Of a stretch of DNA of 64,000 nt, positions 40,401-51,030 are shown in pieces. Within the stretch, counting starts at the first letter, position 1, and the number at the start of each line of letters is the position of its first letter. The stretch comes from Anthoceros angustus (taxonomy: Eukaryota; Plantae; Anthocerotophyta), in NCBI GenBank assembly GCA_010909165.1, contig MU008165.1, positions 1,116,001 through 1,180,000 of the forward strand. The letters run 5' to 3'. The position numbers and the translations under genes were made by a program. The notes beneath the pieces were generated by a model that saw only the letters and a list, made by a program, of their open reading frames with translations, ran no database searches and was not told the origin of the DNA.

Positions 40401-41377
40401 AGGGTGTAGAAGCTGAAGGCGGAAGGCTTGAAGAGTCGCAAAGAGGCGGTGCTGTTGGAGTGGCGGCGGCAATCCTTCACACCACTTTGGCTTGGCGACC
40501 GTTCGATTCTCCTTCGCGCCGTTTCAACTTTCTGCAGCGGAAGCTTCACAAGGGAACTGATTCTTGGCGCTCTGGGGCCAAGGATCTGCTCAAACCTGAC
40601 ATTTTGAAATTCAATTGGTTCATCATCTCCATAGGCGTGATGTCAATCTTCAGTTGTTCAAATTGTTAATCCTCGCGAATCGTCCTCAGTGTCTTGAACA
40701 TCGTGTTTCAAAGATTCCTGCCGTGATAGCAACAGGGTAAGTGTTCTCTCAACTCTCGTGGCCACCGCCAGTGATTGAAGGGCAACCCCTTCAGTACTGC
40801 TTTCAGCCTGCCTTGAGATTGATCTCTTGTCCCTGTTGTCTGCAGATTTGGAGGCCCGAAGAATTGTCTCAACTCCAGGGATTTCCGGTCTTCTATAGAA
40901 CAAATCTGGATTTTGGGCTCTCTGATGACAGCGTGCCCTAAACAAAGCGTCTGTATGCGGATTTGGATAGGGAAATTTAGGCTGTCTAGAGCGGTTTGGA
41001 CCAGAATGTCTATTGGCAAGATCTCTAAGCCTGAGACGCGGGTAATCCTGCTCGTACAGGTCCAGCAATGTGTCCACAGGTAGGTAGGTAGGATTTTCTG
41101 GGCAAGAGCCCTCAAATCGCCCACGCACTCTCCTGCGGTTGCCTCCCTTACGGCGATTACCCGATCTCGGCATTTTCTAGGGATCTATATGGTAGATCAA
41201 GCATGGCTCTGATACCATGATCGGTTTGTAAGCTGATAAGCGTACAAGATAAACTTTCATCAAATAAAGAATGAATACAAAAATGTGTTTGAGATGTGTC
41301 TTTTATACTTGACTTAATAACGCTTCACTTAACCCTAACTAGCATTGCTTAACTATAGGTTTGCTTTGTATCCAACA
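34415..41377 (-). mobile_element. Ty1/copia element C: 5' LTR, PBS, extra upstream ORF, gag-pol; no matching 3' LTR seen
   Basis: LTR 41218-41377 (TG...CA, 160 bp); PBS rc GCTCTGATACCA 41206-41217; gag KEKDRFNG from ~40000; protease WYLDSGATTHIC; integrase LRTDNGTEF and FWAEAIVTATY; RT LYVDD; RNase H NPRFHARTKHIEI ending ~34870. ~35000-36010 is duplicated as ~36020-37045. Confidence 0.88.
40330..41173 (-). CDS. Extra ORF between PBS and gag of copia C (unknown function)
   Basis: 171-aa ORF 40658-41173 starts 32 bp after the PBS (MPRSGNRRKGGNRRR...) and continues after a frameshift as EQLKIDITPMEMMNQLNFKMSGLSRSLAPE. Confidence 0.55.
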
Positions 41378-42292
41378 CTGATTATCTCACTCCATTTCCC
41401 ATTCCTGCTTCTCGTGTTCCTTCAGTTGAACCTATTCTGCAGGAGGAGGAGGAGTTAGCATCCATTCCACAACCTGATACAATTCAACGATTTAACTCGA
41501 TGTTGACATCCCACAGAGGTGCGGTTGACACTCATGATGATGAGTTTGATGACCCTCGGAGGATGACATTGTGGAGCCGCAGATCTCGTTGATCCCGCCT
41601 CGTGGATGATGCACACGCACAAAGGTACAACCTCGGATCCCGACCTACCATTTCAGTCCTAGAGGTTGGAAGGAACCTCCTTTAGGATACCTAGCTGTAT
41701 TTGATGACCCTATTCCCCACATATCACTTTATTCTCAAGTCGTATACAAGGCAACTATAGACCCGGAAGAATCTCTTACCTTAAAACAAGCTTTCTCTTC
41801 TCACGAAAAGACTTATGGAAGGTAGTCAGACTCGAATATAATTCCCTAGTTGATAACTCTACATGTGAATTGGTCAAGCCACCTAGGGGTAGGAAGATAG
41901 TAACCAGCAAATGGGTATTCAAAATTAAAAGAAGAGGAGATGGTTCTATAGAAAGGTAAAAAGCACGTCTAGTAGCCAGAGGCTTTACACAAATTCGTGG
42001 TCTAGATTACATACCTTGGGCCACTTATGCCCCAGTAGCCAAATTTGCCACACTTTGAATGATATTTGCTTTATGTGCCCAACATGATCTTGAACTCCAT
42101 ATGATGGATGTTAAGACAACATATTTGTATGGACGCAGAGGAAATATACATGAGACAACCCGAGGTTCTGAAGTCAAAGACAAAGAAGATTGGGTATGCC
42201 AACTCATCAAAGGTTTGTATGGCCTTAAGCGAGGCAAGAATTGGAATTTAACCATACATGTACAACTTATTGGGAGAGGATTTAAGCAAAGC

Positions 42293-43191
42293 GGTCAAAG
42301 ACTTGTATGTCCTAATCAAACCAATTCCACTTTGCCGGGCGTAGATGGGTGCAGGAGGCCAAGTTATCTAGGGCAAATGACTAACAAAAGATGTCGATGA
42401 GGAAAGGATCTCCAATTGCAATTGGAGAAGCTTGTCCGACTTATCAATTATAAACGCTGCGGACTACCCAACTTTCTTGCGCTAAACTATATTCGACTTG
42501 TTGCTACACTATATTCGACTTGCCAATTAATTCTATCTGCATGTAGATGACCTCTTGAGCTATGACACCATTAACTTTAATAATAGAATATAAAATACAA
42601 ATCTCAAACTTCGTCAAACTATGGGTTTTTATTCTTATTCCAGTTCGACCTCAGAACTAGCTGAAACTAAACTGACATGCAATCAATACCTGCTTACGAA
42701 AGTGAATTGAGCGCCACGTGGGATTGCGTTCGGGTACCAATTCGTGCTAATTCAATGCTAGCATGCCTCAAAACTAAACCGAATCGGCTGAATTGACTCT
42801 CCAAAGTTGCAGATCGTAGATGTACTGAGCAAAATTGAACAAAACCACAAAATGCTTTTTGGACCCGAGTGGATCAGCAATTGGACGAACTAAAATATGA
42901 TGTAGTTGGCATGAACCGCTAGTCTAGTAGTGTCCTGAGGTCTTTGGCGACTCCCGTTTGTTTTGTTCTTTTATCTGCAGAAAGCATGGTTTTCCTAGTT
43001 CTTCTTTACATCATGACCCTTGCACACTTGGCCTCCTCTAAGTTTTTTGTTGCTGTGTGTGCCTGGGCAGTCTATTGCATTGCTTGTTAATTTTTTCCAT
43101 GCTCAACACATTTTGTAACTCTCATTATTTAAAATTCAGGTTTTTCTCTAGAAAAAACTATCCTCAAAATCTCGATTCGAACTGTTTGACC
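42293..43191. mobile_element. ~900-bp non-coding insertion in the copia B RT, possibly a non-autonomous DNA element
   Basis: RT frame breaks after GFKQS and resumes at SGDACMFILI (~43193); ends GGTCAAA...TTTGACC form a 7-bp inverted repeat; TSD not resolvable. Confidence 0.4.
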
Positions 43192-43393
43192 ATCAGGTGA
43201 TGCTTGTATGTTCATCCTAATATCTGGCAATGATATATGTTATCTTCTACTTTATGTTGATGATATTTTTATGGCAACAAACTCCCTTACTCTCCTAGCC
43301 GTCACTAAAGCATGGCTTAAGACTCTTTTTGAGATGTCCGATCTAGGAGAAATGACATATGCACTTGTGTTAATATTATACGAAATAGAGGTA

Positions 43394-43742
43394 CCGTACC
43401 CCAAGGGGTGCTTCAACAGGATAATCCCGAAATAATTATTTTTTGAAAAAATAAGGTTCAACATAAATATTTATATTTTTCAAATTTTTAATATTTACTA
43501 AAAATAAATTTATCAAATTTCAAAAATTATTAAAATACATAGGTATATATAAAAAACTAATGAATATGTATAGACCTCCCCTAAACAAGTCCTAAGTTTT
43601 CATACAAACCCTAGTTTCCTTGTTTTCGGCATCTTAAACTCATAAATTTTTATATATTCAACATTATAAGTATAATAATTTCCAGATTTTCAACTTTTAC
43701 TAATTTTAATTAATTAACGCCGAATCGCACCTCGGGGTACGG
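43394..43742. mobile_element. Tc1/mariner-type MITE (349 bp, TA TSD)
   Basis: Ends CCGTACCCCAAG... and ...CTCGGGGTACGG; TA at 43392-43393 and 43743-43744; AT-rich interior; removal restores RT frame RNRGNKTLSIVQTKY. Confidence 0.88.
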
Positions 43743-44649
43743 TAATAAGACTCTAAGTATAGTCCAAACCAAGTATATTAAGGAGAGTTTAGCTAAGTTT
43801 GGACTTGAGGATACAAAGCCTGCACCCACACCTTTTGCAAGTGGTGTTAGGCTTACCTCAAATATGAGTCCCAAAACAGCTGAGGAAAAGCTCGAAATGT
43901 CAGCAGTTCCATACCGACATGCTGTTGGCACCCTAATATATTTATGTAATTTTACGAGACCAGATATATCTTATGAAGTCAGTACCTGCTCACAATTCTT
44001 GTAGAATCTTGGACGTGAGCAATGGATGTCTGTTAAGCGTATATTCAGATACCTTAAAGGCACTCTTTACACATGACTGATGTTCAAGCATACACCCGGC
44101 ATACAGAAATTAACACTCACGGATCGATCGATTATCTTTGGTGACCACGATACAAGAAAATCGATGTCGTTACGTATTCGCTTGGAGGAGCTCCTATATC
44201 ATGGTCAAGTAAGAAACAACCTACTATAGCTTTATCTAGCGAGTCTGTACAGTCCTTACCTCGATCTCAAGGATATCGTATGGTCTAGGTTAGTTTTAAG
44301 TGAACTCCACCATCCTCAACTTAAGCCTACACCCTTGTTCAGTGACAGCCAGGGCGCCATCGCACTTGCTAGGAACCCTATTTTTCATTCTAGAACAAAG
44401 CATATAGCAGTTGAGTATCATTATATTAGAGAAAAAATAGAGGATCAAACAATAGATATAAGTTATGTTCAAACTTTAGACAATGCTGCCGATTTATTAA
44501 CAAAGTCATTTGGAATTAAACTTCACAAAAAACACATGAAATGTTTAGATATCCTGGACACCCAGTCCAAACCTTCTACCTAAAGTTCATCCTAGCAGCT
44601 AATGAGCCTATTTAAGATAACCTCAAAATGTTAGCCCATATTGTTTTAT

Positions 44650-45175
44650 TTTTCACAAACTTATTTCTTCCTCTTCTATCCCAAAGAAGCAAATATTGTC
44701 TTTTCCTTGCTCCTCGTAGACGGTCCATAAACATCCTGATTTATATTAGAATAATAATTAATACAGGATTTTTGCATGCATTAAATCAACCATATATGTT
44801 TTTCCCTAACACCAATCACACTTACGGAAAACATGAGTAGTGTGCCTTGGAAAATCCAAACTATAGGCACACTTGGTTTTGATCATATGGATTCCCGTCA
44901 CTTCACAAACATATGAGTACGGGACATCCACCTTGCTAGGACCTCCTTTGGTCAATACAACTACAGCTTTATCATAATCACCCAGGGGGAGATATTCAGG
45001 ATCGTAAAAGCCTATACTCTTCACTTCATTAGGCTGATTAGGATAGTTATAGTCTTCTGCACCCAAGGTACACAAGGATCAGCAACAAGATTAGAACAAT
45101 AAGCTACAAATTGAAAAGGAAACAAAATTAGAAACTCGAAATTAGAAACCAGCATATACCTTTTTCTTTCTCATT
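44650..45175 (-). pseudogene. Antisense Cys-containing ORF in the 3' region of copia B, possibly spliced and with a signal peptide
   Basis: 89-aa ORF 44806-45075 in an AT-rich context; upstream candidate GT..AG intron ~45159-45105 would give MRKKK/LIVLILLLIL. Confidence 0.3.
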
Positions 45176-45346
45176 TTCCTTTTCCTTTCCTTTTTCCTCA
45201 AATTCGTGTTCTTCCTGCTCTACTTACGCTTACAATAAATTTGAGACGAGGCGCTCCAAAATTGTAGCTCGTAGGGCTGTTTGAGACCAGACTCTGCAGC
45301 ACCACATCCAACCGTCTGCTGCGTCCATGCATTGTAAGTAAGTTGC

Positions 45347-47731
45347 ATGGACGCAGCAGACAGTGATCAGGAAGACAGAGACGTTGTAGAGGACGAATTC
45401 ATTTTTGAGGAAACACGAAAGCTTAAAATGAGTGATACAACATCATCCTCTGGTGTCATTGGTGATTCCTTCAAAGAGAAGGATAGGTTCAATGGCCCTG
45501 ACTACGACATTTGGGTAATCCGGATGGAAGGTATCCTCGAAGTAAGGAACCTGCTGAAATATGCAACCGGAAAGATAGAGTATCATGGAGAGAGTAAATC
45601 TGGCGAAGAATGGTTAGCTAAAGATAGTGCAGCCAAATACCTCATACGCAGTAGCCTAACATCCGACATGTTGAGGCAGACTGGTGGGGCAAAGACTTCG
45701 GCCGAGATTTGGACTCGTCTGTCAGATCTCTGTGCATGATCCAATGTGGTCAGTACAAATATGACAGCAATGCGTCACTTCTAGAATTACAGAATGAAGG
45801 ATGGGGATTCCATGGAGAAGCACATTAGTACTTTCAGGACCCTCACTTCGACGCTGGAAGCTGCCTCAAAAATTACCATGAAAAATGAAGAATTCGTCAT
45901 GCGACTTCTCCTCTCACTTCTTGAATCACTACGCTACACTGTTAGCCAAGAAACAGGGTGTGGAAATGCCAGATATGTCATTTGCAGAGCTTGTTAGCTC
46001 TATGCTTCAAGAGGAAGCTAGCAGGAGCAGCCACAGACGTACAGGAAAGAAATAGGCCCTGTACACCTCAAATCAAAGACGGGGAGGTAGAAGATCCTTC
46101 TCTCGAGGTGGTGGCAGCTCATCTAGAGTAGGTAGCTCGCAAGGAGCAACTTCATTTACAAAGAAAACCAAAAAGTCAGGTACATGCAATTGGTGCAAAA
46201 TACCTGGTCACTCGGAATGTGATTATCGAAAAAAGCAGGCAGGAGTTCCTTGCAAGGAGGGATCATCTAGCGCTTAGACACATGTGGTGGTCAAGAAGCA
46301 AAATACTCCATCAGCCCTAACAGTTGGGACAAGGGAGTTTGCTAGTCCACTGTTGCTCCCAACTTGTCTGTCTTCCAAAGCCAAAATGAAACCATCAGCA
46401 TAATGGTACTTAGATATTGGTGCAACAGCGCACATTTGCTTTGACAAAAATTCCTTTAACCCATACAAGTCCGTAGCTGATCAGTATGTTTACCTTGGAG
46501 ACGATAGGTCATTGGTATCCCCTGTTCGTGGTATAGTAGCCTTGTCAGTTCCCTCTGGAGTCACACTAACATTACATGATGTTTATTACGTGCCTGACAT
46601 GACCAGAAACTTGATTTCAGTTAGAAGACTGAATGCTGACAACAACAGTCATGTTGTATTCACCAGTATAGAACGCCAAATCATAGATGCATTTGACCGT
46701 AGAAAGGTACTTGCATATGGGTCTTTGGACCATGATCTATTCCGTCTCCACGTGCACAATGGAGTAGCAGAGTCCCACCTCACGCAGGATGTCTCCCTGG
46801 CATCTGCACAACATATAGTAAAATCAAAGTTGTGGCATGCCCGTTTGGGTCACCCTCACATGGCAAAACTGCAGAAGTTGGCTTTGAGTGACTTTTATCA
46901 GGATGGACCTATTGACCCCTTGACTGCCATCCCAATATGTGAAGCTTGCGTGCTATCTAAGAAGCACCAAGCTGCTTTCAAAAATAAGGCACCTCATCGT
47001 GTTGCTGATCTCCTTGAGCTGGTGCACACCGACCTCTGTGGCCCATTGTCACAGAACTCCATTGGTGGTGGCAGATACTTTCTTACGTTCACAGACGACA
47101 AGAGTCGTTTTGTTACTTCCTACATCTTGAGGAACAAAAGTGAGTGTTTTTCCTATTTCAAGGAGTACATAAAATTTGTTGAATGTTGGATTGGTAAATA
47201 GCTCAAGACCCTAAGATCAGACAATGGCGGGGAATTCACCTCCAATGAATTTCAAGCCTACTGCAAGGAAGAAGGCATGGGTAGACAACTCACTTCTGTC
47301 TATACTCCTCAGCAGAATGGAGTGGCCGAACGATTGAATCTTACACTGCAAGAGATGACCTCCTCTTTGTTACATGATGCTCAACTGCCGCTTCCATATT
47401 GGGCAGAAGCTTTGATGACATCCACCTATCTCCGAAACAGGTTGCCTACAACTGCTGTTGACGGATAGATCCCGTAAGAGGCATTTACCCGCAGGAAACC
47501 TTCTCTCCAGCACTTAAGAACCTTTGGTTGTCTTGCCTATGCCTTCATACCTAAGGAAAAGCGCAAGAAGTTCTCTGATAAGTCCAGGAAACTTCTTATG
47601 CTGGGGTATACGGAGGGTATCAAGGCTTATAGACTTTATGATGTTCCCACAAATACAATCATTTATGCTCGGAGTGTTACCTTTGATGAAGGGCGTACTT
47701 GGGCATCAGTGGGAGCCCAACAGCATGTTAC
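45347..47731 (+). pseudogene. Ty1/copia element F gag-protease-integrase (in-frame stops), truncated by the LTR at 47732
   Basis: GDSFKEKDRFNGPDYDIW; CNWCKIPGH knuckle; YLDIGATAHIC; LWHARLGH..CEAC; LVHTDLCGP; LRSDNGGEF; PQQNGVAER. Confidence 0.9.
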
Positions 47732-47968
47732 TGATGAGAATCATACAAAAGCTCAAGCAATATGTGTTGTATTACGTTTGATAGAAAGCACATGCCTTAT
47801 ATAGAAGGCTAAAGGTGGTTGTAACCACCTAGTGGTTGTAACAAATAACCACTTAAGTAACCAACCGAAGAAAACTACTTAAACTACTTAATGCCCTAGC
47901 CAAATAAATAAATCATTAAGTTTTAGGTGCCCTAGTGAAGAGTGCCCTAATAGTGACCTATTTCATCA
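47732..47968 (-). repeat. Intact copia-B-family LTR (TGATGA...TCATCA), acting as a 3' LTR
   Basis: Reverse complement of 676-874 plus 7796-7818; preceded on the minus strand by PPT GAGTGGGAG (47969-47977). Confidence 0.88.
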
Positions 47969-48298
47969 CTCCCACTCACTATGAACTAGGGTGAGATGAT
48001 AGAGAATTTCTCTAGCTTCAAAATAAGTCAAAATATGCATAGAACTAAAAACTAGTTCTTAAGTCAAACTAATTTAAAAGCATTAAGTAAAAAGAAACTT
48101 AAGTTGGAAATTAAGCGTATTTATAATTAAGTTCAAAAAGAAAAATAGCAATTTACAGAAACAGAAAATAGCTATTTATCCGGAAATCCTTAAATGGATG
48201 GTTATTAACCATCCATGGGTATCACATGCCCATGTATGAGAATACTGACACACCTTCCCGCTCCTCCCCCTCCTTCCCTCATCAACCTGCAGGTAGCT

Positions 48299-48676
48299 AT
48301 GGCGAGAGGACGAGGGCGCCCTCCGCGCGCGCCGTCGGCCGCAGGCGCGGGGCGGCGGGCGTGGCGCAGTGCCTGCCGCGCGCCGTCGCAGCCCGTGCCC
48401 TCCCCTCAATCAGTGAGGGCCTCCCTGCAGGAGAGGGATGCCCATGGGAGATTTTGTGGGAATCTTTCTCCAAAATCTTCCGCTTCTCTTGCCCAATCTC
48501 TGTTAAAACCTCAGCAGGCTTGCTCCACACTGTCTCCTGAACACGCATCAGCTCTCAAAAGCCAGAAATCTGTCAAGGAGAAGACCTATATCATCTTGGA
48601 GTCCTCGGAAGAAGAAGGCTACGACAACTTCGAACTTGACGATGATCTCCAATCTCTTGCTCCTGGTATAATCTGA
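48299..48676 (+). CDS. Antisense ORF with AT-hook-like N-terminus in a retroelement 3' region
   Basis: MARGRGRPPR... in a GC-rich island with acidic end ESSEEEGYDNFELDDD; antisense to the flanking minus-strand LTR/PBS/PPT. Confidence 0.35.
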   Translation: MARGRGRPPRAPSAAGAGRRAWRSACRAPSQPVPSPQSVRASLQERDAHGRFCGNLSPKSSASLAQSLLKPQQACSTLSPEHASALKSQKSVKEKTYIILESSEEEGYDNFELDDDLQSLAPGII

Positions 48677-48898
48677 CGTTGTGGTGTTGCTCCTGTGTGT
48701 CCTGAGTCCTCTATGCTGCAGAAATTGTTAGGAGAGAGGGCCCCTAAAACTCCCAATTTGTGAAGAAAGGTCTAGGAGGAAAAGGGATGTCTGCATTGCA
48801 GGAAGCATGGGGCCTCCTATGTCAAGGCCTCTGGGGGTCGCGCTTCTTAGGAGGCGCTGCCCCGGCTCACGCCTTCCTCACAGGCGTGGTGGTGGAGG

Positions 48899-49613
48899 TT
48901 ATTCAGGTGAGGGGATGGCCAACTTTGAAGTGTCTGACCATCCCCTCACTTTGGTGGCCTGTACAGGTGCGGGTGCAGTGGAGGAAGCGGGAGAGAAGAA
49001 AAGGGGGAATAAGGATGGAAAGGAGAAAGAGTCAAATTTGCGCTCTCGATTAGTTTTACTTGCATGCTTACAGGTTGTGCTTCTGAATGCAGGATTCTTG
49101 AGCAATTCGGGCTTGAGCAACATGACCAACTTGTAGTCCAAGTGCGCAATTTGTTCCTTCAAATCCTGTAAGTCGATGCTTGCTGTAGAGACATGTCCAC
49201 TGATTTGACTGCAGCGTCTATCCATAAGTCTGTTGTTTGCCTCAATTGCGTTGAACGATTGTGCTCACACCTGTCTGTGTGGCAGCTTGAGAAGTGATGA
49301 AACCACAGGGCTGCCCGTTTCCATCAAAAGCTCGTTGTACGCGCACTTCCGGCAATTGTTGTGGATTTCTAGGAGGGGAAGTGAAAATCAGATCCAACTC
49401 CTTAAGATAAAGCGCTTCAATAAGTGTATTGAACGCATCTTTTAGATTGGCAATTTGCATGGGTTGAGTTTGACTTCTATAGCTCCATGCTAGGACGCCT
49501 TGATGTAGCTGAGATGCTATTGCCAGCCTATCAGTGACTCTAAACCTATTCTGCCTAGGGATCTGATCAGCAGGGCGCTGACGCCTCTGCTGGTGGCCAT
49601 TTACATTGGCCAT
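48899..49613 (-). pseudogene. Extra ORF after the PBS of element E (two frames, 49242-49613 and 48899-49225)
   Basis: MANVNGHQQRRQR...; RCSQISGHVSTASIDLQDLKEQIAHLDYKLVMLLKPE resembles the upstream ORFs of B and C. Confidence 0.5.
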
Positions 49614-49956
49614 GATTTAGAGGATCTTGTAAGATGCAGAATTTCTGCATCTTTTGTTTTCTTTATATAATTTCTACATATGATTCTGCCGACTAGGCAG
49701 CTGTTCTAGTGTGCTTCCGTTGAATTGCTCTGAGTATCAATTCAAGGGAAGTGCACTAGAATTTCTACCTGATAATGCAGAATCTATATGGATTTATCAA
49801 AAGAAAAACAGCATAAAAATATTTCTTGAATATCTTCTATTTCTTGAATTTTGACTTAATTTCAAAACAAGAAAACAATCAAAAGATATCATTGTGCACA
49901 TTTTCAGATGCACAATTTAATGTGAATTCATTTGAATGCAATCTACATTAATCAGT

Positions 49957-50201
49957 GCTCTGATACTATAACGAATTTGTATAAATGTAGATCAATTATT
50001 CATTAGATAATTACATTGTATTGTCAAGAAAAGAGTAACTTGCTTATGCAATAAAGACAACTTAACTTAGAACTAAAAAGGTGTATCTATTCGCTTAGAG
50101 ACGCATCCCTAACGAAGTGACACTACTTAGATAACCCTAGCTCAACATATCTTAAATAAATATTTGAACTAAACCCTTAAATCCTAATCATGATATCAAC
50201 A
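49957..50201 (-). repeat. PBS (49957-49968) and 5' LTR (49969-50201) of copia-like element E; duplicated at ~53095-53330
   Basis: rc TAGTATCAGAGC next to an AT-rich segment whose minus strand begins TGTTGA. Confidence 0.7.
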
Positions 50202-51030
50202 CTATCTATCAATAAATATCGCCTGCATAATCAGAATCTGTAAAGACTTCCAGGTCAAGTGCCTTTCCCTTCTGTTGCTGGTATTTGATTCCTAAATGAG
50301 GAGTGCCTTTCAAGTATCGAAAAACTCTCTTCAGGCTTGTCCAGTATTCAGGTCCTGGATTTTCAAGGAACTATGACAAAGCACTTGTTGAGTATGCAAC
50401 CTCCAATCTTGCCGTGTTAGATGCATAGATAAGCTTGCCCACTCCTTGTCTGTAAGGGATCTTTAACATTTGATCTTTTCTGATTGTGTAGTTGGAGACA
50501 TACTACGACTTAGCTTGAGCCCAGTTGGCAAAGAGGTTGCGGCTGGCTTTGCATCTTTCAGATCCAACTGTTCTGCAATATCAAGAAGGTAACGAGGTTG
50601 AGTCAAAGTCATAACACGGGTCTGCCTATTCCTCTATATATGAATACCAAGGCAGTTCTGTAAAGGTCCAAGACTGGACATTTTAAATTTAGTTGCAAGC
50701 ATATCGGTGATCGTGACTATAAACGCTTAGCTGTTCCTTGACAGGATCAAGTCGTCAACATATACAGCCAGGTAACAGATCACACCCCTTTTGGTGTAGA
50801 TGTATAGGCTGCCATCTGCCTTGCTTTTAGTAAAGCCTAGTTCTAACAGCTCACCATCAAGGACTGCATTCCATTTCATAGTTGATTGCGTCAAACCATA
50901 CAGGCACTTAATAAGCCTGCAAGCATAGTCCTCTTTCCCTTTGACTTCATATCCAGGAGGCTGCTGCATATATATCTCTGCATCAAGTTTCCCATGAAGG
51001 AAAGCTGTCTTTTTGGTTGATATGCTACGC
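50202..51030 (-). pseudogene. Ty1/copia RT fragment (element G); partly duplicated at ~54330-54700
   Basis: KTAFLHGKLDAEIYMQQPPGY..LIKCLYGL..YLAVYVDDLIL and downstream PYRQGVGKLIY. Confidence 0.88.

Larger units (their letters stand above)
41378..44583 (+). pseudogene. Second copy of the copia B RT/RNase H region, with an empty site for the DNA transposon
   Basis: 41378-42130 matches 10886-11620 and 42130-42435 matches 34111-34415, with no TIR element between them. RT continues LLLYVDDIF (~43250) and RNase H NPIFHSRTKHIAVEYHYIRE to 44583. Confidence 0.85.

Noticed and set aside
1-47968. Copia A (minus) and copia F (plus) as two halves of one element separated by an inversion between the oppositely oriented B-family LTRs
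   Set aside because: Both break downstream of integrase next to a B LTR, but the flanks (GCCCG versus GTTAC) give no matching TSD.
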